A DNA stretch of 64,000 bases from Bdellovibrionales bacterium (GTDB lineage: Bacteria; Bdellovibrionota; UBA1018; CAIMNF01): contig JAFEAO010000001.1 in assembly GCA_018266375.1 (NCBI GenBank), forward strand, positions 6,800 to 70,799. The letters are read 5' to 3'. Of the stretch, positions 8,381 through 17,706 are shown piece by piece. The notes below the pieces were generated by a model. It did not search any database and was not told the origin of the DNA. It was given only the letters and a program-made list of their open reading frames with translations. Both the position numbers and the translations under genes were made by a program. Each line of letters starts with the position of its first letter. Positions within the stretch are counted from its first letter, which is position 1.

Positions 8381-9712
8381 ATGAATCAAGCTCAAAAACA
8401 ACGCGTCGTGGTGACAGGGATCGGCATCCTGTCTCCGGTCGGAAACACGCGCGAAGAAACGTGGAAAAACATCGTCGCCGGTAAAAGCGGAATTCAAAAA
8501 ATCACTCTGTTTGACACGAAAGACTGTGCCGTGAACTTTGCAGGTGAGGTCAAAGGCTTTGACCCGACTGTCACACTCGCGCAGCCACTCTACCCACGCG
8601 GCAAGGATCAGGCCCCCCTCACTCAAGCAGTGAGTGCAAAAGACAAAAAAAAAATGGATCGCTTCATCCACTTCGCCCTCGCTGCGGGCATTGAAGCTTA
8701 CCAAGACTCCGGACTCGACGAGTACCGCAACTCCAGTCAGTGCGACATCAAACCAACCGACATCGGCATCAACATCGGTTGCGGCATGGGCGGCCTCCCG
8801 GGCATCGAAGAAACTTACAGCACACTTCTTGAGAAAGGCTTCCGCCGGATCACACCGTTTTTCATTCCCCAAGTCATTCCGAACTTGGCCGCAGGTCACA
8901 TGAGCATTCTCCTGAACACTCAGAACACAAACCTCTGTTCGGTATCGGCGTGCTCCTCAAGCGCGCACTCGATCGGCGAGTCCACTCGAACGATTCAGCG
9001 AGGGGATGCAAAGATCATGATCGCGGGCGGTACCGAAGCCGTAGTTTGCGCTCTCGGCATCGGCGGGTTCGCAGCCATGCGCGCTCTCTCGACTCGCAAC
9101 GAAGCACCCGAAAAAGCTTCTCGTCCGTTTGATAAGGATCGCGACGGGTTTGTCATGGGCGAAGGCTCGGCAGTGCTCGTGCTTGAAGAATACAATCATG
9201 CAAAAAAGCGCGGTGCCAAGATTTACGGCGAGATCGCGGGTTACGGCGCATCCTCGGACGCGCACCACATCACAGCTCCGCTCGAAGACGGAAACGGCGG
9301 ATTCCGCGCCATGGAACTCGCGCTGAAAGAATCGGGCTTGACCGCGAAAGACGTGGGCTATATCAACGCCCACGGCACCTCGACTCCGCTCGGAGATCCG
9401 CAGGAAGCAAAAGCGACGGCACGCTTGCTCGGCTCGCGCTCGGACCTGCACATCAGCTCCACAAAGTCGATGACCGGTCACTTGCTCGGCGCTGCCGGTG
9501 CAATCGAAGGCGCGTTCACCGCGCTTGCGATCCGCGACGGCATGATCCCCCCAACGATCAACTTAGATAGCTTGGATCCGGATTGCGCGGCTACGGGCCT
9601 CCATTTCACTCCAAACGTCGCAGTCGCCAAAAAAGATTTGAGAGCGGCATTCACCAACAGCTTCGGCTTCGGTGGAACCAACGTCTCGCTCCTCATTAAG
9701 AAAGTAGATTAA
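8381..9712 (+). CDS. fabF: 3-oxoacyl-ACP synthase II
   Basis: MNQAQKQRVVVTGIG N-terminus and active-site region with the conserved Cys and His residues (...ACSSSAHSIGE..., ...HGTSTPLGD..., ...GHLLGAAGA...). Start is chosen at the ATG with GAGGT 10 nt upstream. About 20 aa longer than typical because of an insert before KKKMDRF. Confidence 0.85.
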   Translation: MNQAQKQRVVVTGIGILSPVGNTREETWKNIVAGKSGIQKITLFDTKDCAVNFAGEVKGFDPTVTLAQPLYPRGKDQAPLTQAVSAKDKKKMDRFIHFALAAGIEAYQDSGLDEYRNSSQCDIKPTDIGINIGCGMGGLPGIEETYSTLLEKGFRRITPFFIPQVIPNLAAGHMSILLNTQNTNLCSVSACSSSAHSIGESTRTIQRGDAKIMIAGGTEAVVCALGIGGFAAMRALSTRNEAPEKASRPFDKDRDGFVMGEGSAVLVLEEYNHAKKRGAKIYGEIAGYGASSDAHHITAPLEDGNGGFRAMELALKESGLTAKDVGYINAHGTSTPLGDPQEAKATARLLGSRSDLHISSTKSMTGHLLGAAGAIEGAFTALAIRDGMIPPTINLDSLDPDCAATGLHFTPNVAVAKKDLRAAFTNSFGFGGTNVSLLIKKVD

Positions 9713-9714
9713 TC

Positions 9715-10164
9715 ATGAAGAAACTACTAATCGCAGCTGACCACGCCGGATACCCGCTCAAACAGGGGCTAATCAAACGTGCGGCTGAGATCGGGGTGAC
9801 CTTCGAAGACCTCGGTACACACTCGGCCGATAGCGTGGATTACCCCGATTACGCAAACCTCGCTTGCAACCGTCTGAGCGGCGGTGACGACGACATCGCG
9901 ATCCTCATCTGCGGGAGCGGCATCGGAATCTCGATTGCGGCCAACCGCCACGCTCACATCCGCGCTGCACTCTGCGAGACTGAAAACACAGCCGCCCGCG
10001 CTCGCTCGCACAACCACGCAAACGTGCTGTGCTTGGGCGCTCAAATCGTCAGCGAAGACCTCGCCCTCAAAATGATCAAGACTTTTTTATCCACGCCGAC
10101 CGACAATGGAGAACGCCACCTCCGTCGGATCAAAAAACTTTGTGGCATCGGAGCGAAGAAATGA
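9715..10164 (+). CDS. rpiB: Ribose-5-phosphate isomerase B (RpiB/LacAB family)
   Basis: [16 protein letters not shown]...[14 protein letters not shown], 149 aa. Confidence 0.85.
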   Translation: MKKLLIAADHAGYPLKQGLIKRAAEIGVTFEDLGTHSADSVDYPDYANLACNRLSGGDDDIAILICGSGIGISIAANRHAHIRAALCETENTAARARSHNHANVLCLGAQIVSEDLALKMIKTFLSTPTDNGERHLRRIKKLCGIGAKK

Positions 10165-11441
10165 AACCGAACGGGTTTAAAGCGCCTGCTTTCTCTCAAG
10201 ACCTGAAATCGACCGACCCAAAAGTATTTGAGTCCATTCAAAATGAAAGTCGGCGTGAAGAGGACGGTCTTGAGCTGATCGCTTCGGAGAACTATACTTC
10301 GAAAGCGGTACTGGAAGCACAAGGTTCGATCATGACCAACAAGTACGCCGAAGGCTATCCCGGCAAGCGTTACTACGGCGGGTGCATGTACGTTGACATC
10401 GCCGAGTCACTCGCGATTGAGCGTGCGTGTAACCTCTTCGGAGCCGAAGCCGCGAACGTCCAGCCGCACTCGGGATCAAGCGCCAACATGGGCGTGTACC
10501 TCTCGATCCTTCAACCCGGCGACACTATCCTCGGCATGGATCTCTCGCATGGCGGTCACCTCACTCACGGTAGTCCGGTCAACTTCTCAGGGAAATTGTT
10601 TCGTGCCACTCACTACGGATTAAACATGGAGACGCATCGTCTCGATTACGATATCATTCGCGACACGGCCAAGCGCGAGAAGCCTAAAATGATCGTCGCG
10701 GGCGCAAGCGCATACCCGCGTGTGATCGATTTCGTAAAATTCAAAGAGATCGCGGACGAGGTCGGCGCGAAGCTCGTCGTCGATATGGCCCACATCGCGG
10801 GTCTCGTAGCGGCGGGTCTCCATCCTTCTCCGATCCCGCATGCGGCATACACCACGACGACCACGCACAAAACCTTGCGCGGTCCTCGCGGCGGGATGAT
10901 CTTGTGCTCGCAAGAAAATTTGAAAGCGATCAACTCGCTCATCTTTCCGGGCATTCAAGGCGGACCGCTCATGCACGTGATCGCGGCTAAAGCAGTATCG
11001 TTTCAGGAAGCTCTTCAGCCGGAATTCAAGACTTATCAATCTCGTGTAGTGGAAAACGCAAAGGTGCTTGCGGAGAGCTTGATCGGCGCAGGTTTCGGCC
11101 TCGTCACCGGTGGCACCGACAACCACTTAATGCTCGTCGATCTCACTCAGTCGCTCGATAAAACCGTCACCGGCAAAGAGGCGGAAAGCTGGCTCGACCT
11201 CGCCGGCATCACCGTGAACAAAAACACGGTACCCAACGAGAAACGCTCGCCGTTTATCACGAGTGGGATCCGCATCGGTACTCCGGCGATGACCACTCGC
11301 GGGCTCGGCGTTGGCGAGATGAAAATGGTTGCCCAGTGGATCAAGTTCGCGCTGGAGTCCAAAGGCAATGCCGGCACGCTCGAAAAAATCCGCAGCGAAG
11401 TCAAAGAACTCTGCCAGCTGTTTCCGGTTTACGGACATTAA
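10161..11441 (+). CDS. glyA: Serine hydroxymethyltransferase
   Basis: [20 protein letters not shown] and [16 protein letters not shown], with the PLP-Lys region [14 protein letters not shown]. The start at ATG 10161 overlaps the rpiB stop (ATGA); the longer track ORF is an upstream in-frame extension. Confidence 0.9.
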   Translation: MKPNGFKAPAFSQDLKSTDPKVFESIQNESRREEDGLELIASENYTSKAVLEAQGSIMTNKYAEGYPGKRYYGGCMYVDIAESLAIERACNLFGAEAANVQPHSGSSANMGVYLSILQPGDTILGMDLSHGGHLTHGSPVNFSGKLFRATHYGLNMETHRLDYDIIRDTAKREKPKMIVAGASAYPRVIDFVKFKEIADEVGAKLVVDMAHIAGLVAAGLHPSPIPHAAYTTTTTHKTLRGPRGGMILCSQENLKAINSLIFPGIQGGPLMHVIAAKAVSFQEALQPEFKTYQSRVVENAKVLAESLIGAGFGLVTGGTDNHLMLVDLTQSLDKTVTGKEAESWLDLAGITVNKNTVPNEKRSPFITSGIRIGTPAMTTRGLGVGEMKMVAQWIKFALESKGNAGTLEKIRSEVKELCQLFPVYGH

Positions 11442-11442
11442 T

Positions 11443-12594
11443 ATGCAGAAGCTTTTCGACCCCACCTTTGAAACCGAAGCGCAAACGCAGATTCGCGAGC
11501 TCGCTCGCAAATTTTCTAAAGACAAGATCCAACCGATCGTCGAGCACGATGAAGAGACCGGCACTTTCCGCCGCGAAATCATTGCAGGCTTAGGCGAACT
11601 CGGCCTGACCGGTATTCCGGTTAAAGAAGAGTACGGCGGAGCAGGACTCGGTTATCAAGAGTATATTGCGGCGGTCGAAGAGCTCGCGGCAGTGAGTTGC
11701 TCGTACGCCATCAGTGTGGCGGTCTCGGGCCTTCCGCAGGTCATTCTCCAAAACTACGGAACCGAAGAGCAAAAAAAGAAGTACATTCCGAAGCTCGCTT
11801 CAGGCGAATGGGTCGGTGCCTTCGGGTTATCTGAACCTTCAAGCGGCTCGGACGCCGCGAGCTTGCGCACGACCGCCACCAAACAAGGCGATCACTATAT
11901 TTTAAACGGCACCAAACTCTGGATCACCCAAGCGGACACCGCGGACGTGCTCATCGTGATGGCCCGTACCGGTGGCGAAGGCTCAAAAGGAGTGTCGAGC
12001 TTTATCGTCGAGCGCGGAACGCCCGGCTACAAAATGGGCAAGAAAGAAAAGAAGATGGCCGCGCATATCGACCACACGATGGAGATCGTGTTCGAAAATG
12101 CGATGATCCCGGCCGTGAATCTCGTCTCGAAAGAAGGTGATGGAATGAAGATCGCCCTCTCCGCTCTCGATAGCGGGCGCATCACCATTGCGGCAACCGC
12201 ACTTGGCCTCGCACGCGCATCAATCGAAGTGGCGGTCCATCACGCCAACATTCGCGAGCAGTTCGGCAAACCGATCTTGGATTTTCAAGGCGTGGGCTTC
12301 ATGCTCGCGGACATGCTGACTCAGTATCAAGCCGCAAAACTCATGGTGCAAAAAGCTGCGTATCTCAAGGACAACGCTCAGCCTTTCGGCCTTGCTGCCG
12401 CGCAGGCTAAGCTTTTTGCAACCGATATGGCCATGCAAGTGACGACCGATGCCGTGCAAGTACTGGGCGGTTCTGGATACACGCAAGAGTTTCCGGTCGA
12501 ACGATACATGCGTGAAGCTAAGATGCTCCAGATCGTCGAAGGAACGAACCAGATTCAACGCTTGGTGATTTCACGTGCAGTACGCGAGCGCTAG
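11443..12594 (+). CDS. Acyl-CoA dehydrogenase (short/medium-chain type)
   Basis: 383 aa from ATG 11443, immediately after the glyA stop. It has ACAD motifs (GxFGLSEPxxGSD, the YxxxxxxxGG C-terminal region, ...QIxEGTNQIQRLVI...). Confidence 0.85.
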   Translation: MQKLFDPTFETEAQTQIRELARKFSKDKIQPIVEHDEETGTFRREIIAGLGELGLTGIPVKEEYGGAGLGYQEYIAAVEELAAVSCSYAISVAVSGLPQVILQNYGTEEQKKKYIPKLASGEWVGAFGLSEPSSGSDAASLRTTATKQGDHYILNGTKLWITQADTADVLIVMARTGGEGSKGVSSFIVERGTPGYKMGKKEKKMAAHIDHTMEIVFENAMIPAVNLVSKEGDGMKIALSALDSGRITIAATALGLARASIEVAVHHANIREQFGKPILDFQGVGFMLADMLTQYQAAKLMVQKAAYLKDNAQPFGLAAAQAKLFATDMAMQVTTDAVQVLGGSGYTQEFPVERYMREAKMLQIVEGTNQIQRLVISRAVRER

Positions 12595-12875
12595 TAGCGG
12601 TCGCAGTCTTTTACTTCAGACTAAAGTAAAAGGTAAACGCGAAGCCGACCACGACTCCTACAAAGATCCTCATTTTTGATATTTTTTTTGCGTTAGAACG
12701 CGCTAAACGACGGGACAAACGTAACAACTTTCTCAGATTAATAGATTTACCCTCACTACCCGCTCCTTAAATTATATCTAAAATTGATAGAATTTTTAGT
12801 AAAAAACGTCGCAAAATACGCACTTTTTTGTTAAAAACCTTTAAATATCAACGAAACCTAGTGTAACGTAAACGC

Positions 12876-14249
12876 ATGTCAATTACCGCAGCCCGCTTTG
12901 GATCCGCACCGGTGATGCTCGATTGGAGCGGCACCCAACCTCTGACCGCCGAAATCAGCGCAGCCAGACGTACGGAGCTGAACGATCATTGGAATCGGTG
13001 TTTGAAAAAACTCCATGAGCGCGTTTCCGGATTTTACGAAGCCGTTCAAACTCCCGAACTTTCTCAGCTGCAGGAGTCGGTCACGCTCGCGAAAGCGTTT
13101 CTAGCACGACCCGAAATCGAACACTGCGTGTTCATCGGCATCGGCGGTAGTAGCTTAGGCCCGATGTGTTTGATCGACTCGCTCAAGCAGCGCGCCAAAA
13201 CCAAGATCCAATTCCACTTTTTTGAAAACCCGGATCCGATCGATTGGAACTACCGGATTAAAAAACTCGATCCGAAGCACACGCTAGTTTGCGTGGTCAC
13301 CAAGTCGGGCACGACGTACGAGACGTTGTCGATCTTCATGCTTGCTTACGATTGGCTCAAACGCGGAGTCGGTCTGATTGAAGCAGCCAAGCAAACCATT
13401 GCGATCACCGATCCGGAGAAGGGCGAGCTCCTGGAATTCGCGCGCAAATACAACATTGCGACTCTCAAGATCGCCCCGAGCGTCGGCGGTCGTTATAGCG
13501 TCTTCACGCCAGTCGGACTCTTTGCAGGCGCGCTCGCCGGTCTCGACATGGAAAAGTTCCTCGCCGGCGGTAAGAAAGCTCGCGATTATTGCGAGAAGGC
13601 TACGGCGGACAAAAACAACTTTCTCTCTTGGGCGTACGCGCTCTCGAGCCTAGGTCAATCGAATCCGATTCACGTGATGATGCCTTACACCACTCCACTC
13701 CGCTTGCTCGCAAACTGGTGGGTTCAGCTCTGGGCGGAGAGCCTCGGTAAAGATGGCAAAGGCTATACGGCGATTCCGTCTCTAGGCGCAATTGATCAGC
13801 ATTCCATGCTACAACTTCTACGCGACGGCCCGAACGATAAAGTCATCTGGTTCGTGAACGTACTCGATTTCGGCATTAAGGCGAACGTTCCGTCGGTCAA
13901 TTTCAAAGTGAAGTCGTTTGACTTGCTCGAGGGCCAAGAACTTGGACAAATTCTGGACACCGAATTCCGCTCGATTCAGCGGGTGATGACCAATCAACGC
14001 CGGCCGCACTTACAACTCCAGCTGGATTCCATCACCGAAGAATCGATCGGCGCGATATTTTTTATCCTGAGCGTCCTCACCGCTTACATGGGCGAAGTGC
14101 TTAAAGTGAATCCATTCGACCAACCCGGTGTCGAAGAAGGCAAAGTTTACATTCGCGATACGCTAATTAAGCGCAAAGAACAAAATCAAGCGGGCGGCAG
14201 CAACGACGATAACAATGCTGTTCATCGCCTCCGTCTCCATCGAGGGTAA
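12876..14249 (+). CDS. pgi: Glucose-6-phosphate isomerase (short-form PGI, 457 aa)
   Basis: FIGIGGSSLGP and VVTKSGTTYET sugar-isomerase motifs. It is preceded by a 281-bp AT-rich intergenic region. Confidence 0.8.
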   Translation: MSITAARFGSAPVMLDWSGTQPLTAEISAARRTELNDHWNRCLKKLHERVSGFYEAVQTPELSQLQESVTLAKAFLARPEIEHCVFIGIGGSSLGPMCLIDSLKQRAKTKIQFHFFENPDPIDWNYRIKKLDPKHTLVCVVTKSGTTYETLSIFMLAYDWLKRGVGLIEAAKQTIAITDPEKGELLEFARKYNIATLKIAPSVGGRYSVFTPVGLFAGALAGLDMEKFLAGGKKARDYCEKATADKNNFLSWAYALSSLGQSNPIHVMMPYTTPLRLLANWWVQLWAESLGKDGKGYTAIPSLGAIDQHSMLQLLRDGPNDKVIWFVNVLDFGIKANVPSVNFKVKSFDLLEGQELGQILDTEFRSIQRVMTNQRRPHLQLQLDSITEESIGAIFFILSVLTAYMGEVLKVNPFDQPGVEEGKVYIRDTLIKRKEQNQAGGSNDDNNAVHRLRLHRG

Positions 14250-14358
14250 ATCGAGTCGGGTTTAGCATACCGGCGGGCACATGAAACCGGGTTCTGCTCG
14301 GCGTCAAATCCGTAAAATGACTTTAAATCGTGTTTAGATTCTTTTACACTTAGAAGCG

Positions 14359-15309
14359 ATGTCGGGCGACGGCGGAAGTAATGGCAACGATGGAAAAAAC
14401 AACGAACGGACTCAGATATTGGGTCTCGATCAGGAAACCATAAATCGCGAGCTACAGAAGGCTAAAGAACAGCCCGCCTGCCTCATCCTGATTCGCGGAA
14501 CCCCTCAAGGTCACCGCTACTTTATCACCGAAGATGAGATGACGATCGGCCGAGATCCGGCGGCCGACATTTCGATCGCCGATCAAACCATTTCTAAAAA
14601 ACACGCCAAGATCATCCGCGAAGGCGCCGTCATCAAGATCGAAGATTTAGGCTCGTCGAACGGAACACTCATCAACGGTAAAAAGCTCGAAGCCGGCAAC
14701 ACCGCTAAACTCGCAAAAGAGGACATGATCAAACTCGGGAACTCGATCGTGAAGTATCTTCCTGCGGGCGAGATCGAGATTATTTTCTACGGCAATTTGA
14801 ACCAAGCGGCGAACACCGATCCGCTCACGAGCATGTTCAATAAAGGTTATTTTTTGGAAGCGATCGATGCCGAGATCAAGCGCGCAAAAGCGCTATCGAC
14901 TCCACTTGCCCTCATCTTTTTCGATCTGGATCACTTCAAGAAGGTCAACGATACTTATGGCCACGATGGCGGTGACTTCGTACTGAAAGAATTTACCAAA
15001 GTGATCAAAAACTCCGGTGCAGTAAAACCGAAAGACGTCTTGGCTCGATACGGCGGCGAAGAGTTTTGCTTACTCATGCCGGGTACGACGATTCAAGATG
15101 CCGCGAAGTACGCCGAAACTCTGCGCGGTAAAACACAAACTCACGCATTTACCTACGAAAACAAGCGTATTCCGATCACCACGAGCCTCGGCGTCGCCGA
15201 GCTGACCTCGGATATGGAAACCGCGACCGACCTCATCAAAGCCGCCGACAAAGTGCTTTACGAGTCCAAACAAGGCGGCCGTAACCGCGTCACCGTCGCG
15301 CAGGCTTAA
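14359..15309 (+). CDS. FHA-domain diguanylate cyclase (FHA-GGDEF)
   Basis: N-terminal FHA signature (MTIGRDPAADISIAD..ISKKHAKI...DLGSSNGTLING). The C-terminal GGDEF domain has the RYGGEEF active site and DLDHFKKVND. Confidence 0.8.
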   Translation: MSGDGGSNGNDGKNNERTQILGLDQETINRELQKAKEQPACLILIRGTPQGHRYFITEDEMTIGRDPAADISIADQTISKKHAKIIREGAVIKIEDLGSSNGTLINGKKLEAGNTAKLAKEDMIKLGNSIVKYLPAGEIEIIFYGNLNQAANTDPLTSMFNKGYFLEAIDAEIKRAKALSTPLALIFFDLDHFKKVNDTYGHDGGDFVLKEFTKVIKNSGAVKPKDVLARYGGEEFCLLMPGTTIQDAAKYAETLRGKTQTHAFTYENKRIPITTSLGVAELTSDMETATDLIKAADKVLYESKQGGRNRVTVAQA

Positions 15310-15340
15310 TCGCTACAAAAGCCGTCAGGTCGAAAAATAA

Positions 15341-15366
15341 AAGGCCCGGGATTTCTCCCAGGCCTT
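15341..15366. terminator. Bidirectional hairpin terminator between convergent genes
   Basis: aaggcccggg/atttct/cccaggcctt stem (9 of 10 bp paired), flanked by aaaaataa upstream and ttttaattttt downstream. This puts a T-tract on the minus strand and a partial one on the plus strand. Confidence 0.5.
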
Positions 15367-15389
15367 CGACGTATTTTAATTTTTGGAAA

Positions 15390-15845
15390 TTAGTTCTTGC
15401 CGCAGTTTACGTCAACGAACTTCACCAAGCGCTCAGTCGCTGCTGAAGTGTTGATGGTTTGCAAAGATCCGCCGATGGTCACTTTAAGTGCGATCGTTTT
15501 GCCTTTCATGTGGCTCACGTAAGCGGTCTTACCCCCGCCGACCGGCGGGATTTGGTGGGCAACGACCACTTGGCCTTTGCTCGACTCAACGATCAAACTT
15601 TGCAATACCGTATCGTTTGGAATGCCTTTCCAAACCACTTTTTTGGTCTTGCCGTTCGCGATATCGCCAACGATCGTGCGAATGGACACGGTACCGTCGC
15701 TACGGATCGTACAGTTTTTGCTCGTGGCGTACATTGGATTCACGGTGCCGCTACGGCTTGAAACACTTAAATAATCGACAACTGGTTCAGCGAAAGCGCT
15801 AGCAGAAATAAAAACGAGGGGCAGGACAGCGATAAGGTTTTTCAT
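15390..15845 (-). CDS. Secreted hypothetical protein (151 aa)
   Basis: Signal peptide MKNLIAVLPLVFISASAFA. No family motif recognised. Confidence 0.5.
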   Translation of the reverse strand: MKNLIAVLPLVFISASAFAEPVVDYLSVSSRSGTVNPMYATSKNCTIRSDGTVSIRTIVGDIANGKTKKVVWKGIPNDTVLQSLIVESSKGQVVVAHQIPPVGGGKTAYVSHMKGKTIALKVTIGGSLQTINTSAATERLVKFVDVNCGKN

Positions 15846-15972
15846 TATTCTTTCTCCATGTAATAAAATTCGGGGTCTGGGGACGCATGGATCGTACTCT
15901 AGCCGGAAAAATAACGCAATGCGTTTATTTATGATTTTGCGTTATTTATGCAGCTCAGGTAGAAACCCAGGC

Positions 15973-17706
15973 ATGCCTCATCATTCGATTCAAGTACTCC
16001 CCCCGCTAATAGCTGAGCGAATCGCTGCGGGAGAGGTCATCGAACGTCCTGCTAGCGTTATCAAGGAACTGGTAGAAAACTCCATCGATGCCGAAGCAAA
16101 ACAGATCGGAGTGTTTTTGCAGGCCGGCGGTACTGAGTGGATCGAAGTGATCGACGATGGCAAAGGCATGACTCGCGAAGATCTCGAACTTTCAGTTTGC
16201 AGACATGCGACGAGTAAAATTCGCGTTTTCGAAGATTTGATGGATCTCCAGAGTCTTGGATTCCGAGGCGAGGCTCTCCCGAGCATCGCTGCTGTGGCCG
16301 AGATGTCGATTGCTTCTCGCCCTTCGACCGACGCGAGTGCCGATACTTTTGAAATCAAAGTCGTGCAAACCGCTTCGGGCCGTGCGACTGCAGCCAAAGT
16401 TGCCAATCAAAATTTCTTGGGAACCAAACACGGCACGCGCATTCAGGTGAAGTCGCTGTTCTCGCAGATTCCCGCGCGCTTGAAATTTTTGAAATCGCCG
16501 AGTTCGGAAGCGTCCGCAGTGCGCGAAATTTTGGAGCGTCTCGCCCTCACCCACCCGTCAATCCGGTTTAAATTCACGAACGATGATCGCGTAGTTTTGG
16601 ATTTACCGTCTGAAGCGATGGAGAGTCGGATCAAGCGTATCCTCGCCGACGGCAATCCATTTGAGATGATTCACTCTCATCTCCCAGGCGCTTGGTCGAT
16701 CGAACTTTACTGGCTGAAAGGTTTAAGCCAAGCGAATACTCGTTCAATGTACCAGATCGTGAATGGTCGCTCGCTCAAAGACCGTATTTTGCAAACGGCT
16801 TTGCTCGCGCCACTCAAGCAATCTTTCTTGCCGGGCAATTTTCCGGCGATGGTGGCCGTCCTGAAGATTCCGCGCGATGAACTCGACGTGAACGTCCATC
16901 CGACAAAGACTGAAATTCGATTCTTGGATTCAAAAAAAATCTTCGCGCTTTGCCACGCGGGTGTACAGGCGTTGCTAGAAGAGTCGCGGCCGCAAAATTT
17001 GTTTCCGTCAAGTGTGGGTTACACCACCCATCCCGAAGTTCACGCTAATACACCTGCGCCAGGATTCCCAATGCAAGGCGAGATAACTTCGGAGCTCCCG
17101 TACAAGAGCAAACCGTTTGGAACTTATCGCGGCACTTTGTTTTCAACTTACTTGGTGTTTGAAGAGGACAATGACTTGATTTTGGTCGACCAGCATGCGG
17201 CTCACGAGCGCATTCGTTACGAAAGGCTCAAAAAATCAATTCTCTCTCGTGATCAAGTTGAGGAGCAGGCACTTCTCGTCCCCGAGATCATCAAACTTTC
17301 GGACGAATCCTTGCGAGCGGTCGCATCCACTCTCCCGGTACTCAAAAACTTGGGTTTCGATGCCGAGACTTTCGGCGAGACCTCGGTCGTGTTCCGCTCC
17401 ATCCCGGCAGTCTGGGGTAATCACGAATTGCCGATCCGTCTTTTTAATTTGCTCGAGCGCCTCCAAAACGTGAGCGAACAAAACGAAAAAGAACTCGTCT
17501 GGGACGAAACACTCTTCGAAAAAATCGCGATGGAAGCCTGCCGCTCTTCTTATAAGGCCGGCGACTGGTTGAGCGAATCAAACGCGATCACGATGACCCA
17601 AAAGCTTCTCGCGTGCGAACATTTCGGCAACTGCCCGCACGGGCGCCCAACTTTGATCCGGATTTCTAAAAACAAGGTCGAAGAATGGTTCCAGCGCAAA
17701 GTCTAA
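15973..17706 (+). CDS. mutL: DNA mismatch repair protein MutL
   Basis: IQVLPPLIAERIAAGEVIERPASVIKELVENSIDA GHKL-ATPase N-terminus, and the C-terminal dimerisation region with the CPHGRP motif. Start is the internal ATG at 15973. Confidence 0.85.
   Translation: MPHHSIQVLPPLIAERIAAGEVIERPASVIKELVENSIDAEAKQIGVFLQAGGTEWIEVIDDGKGMTREDLELSVCRHATSKIRVFEDLMDLQSLGFRGEALPSIAAVAEMSIASRPSTDASADTFEIKVVQTASGRATAAKVANQNFLGTKHGTRIQVKSLFSQIPARLKFLKSPSSEASAVREILERLALTHPSIRFKFTNDDRVVLDLPSEAMESRIKRILADGNPFEMIHSHLPGAWSIELYWLKGLSQANTRSMYQIVNGRSLKDRILQTALLAPLKQSFLPGNFPAMVAVLKIPRDELDVNVHPTKTEIRFLDSKKIFALCHAGVQALLEESRPQNLFPSSVGYTTHPEVHANTPAPGFPMQGEITSELPYKSKPFGTYRGTLFSTYLVFEEDNDLILVDQHAAHERIRYERLKKSILSRDQVEEQALLVPEIIKLSDESLRAVASTLPVLKNLGFDAETFGETSVVFRSIPAVWGNHELPIRLFNLLERLQNVSEQNEKELVWDETLFEKIAMEACRSSYKAGDWLSESNAITMTQKLLACEHFGNCPHGRPTLIRISKNKVEEWFQRKV

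Noticed and set aside
10620-12558. Antisense ORFs across glyA and the ACAD gene (10620..11126, 11127..11582, 12220..12558)
   Set aside because: They are embedded in strongly conserved metabolic genes.
15341-15366. Reading the 15341 hairpin as a regulatory riboswitch or attenuator
   Set aside because: It lies between two convergent stop codons with flanking A/T tracts, so a plain bidirectional terminator explains it fully.
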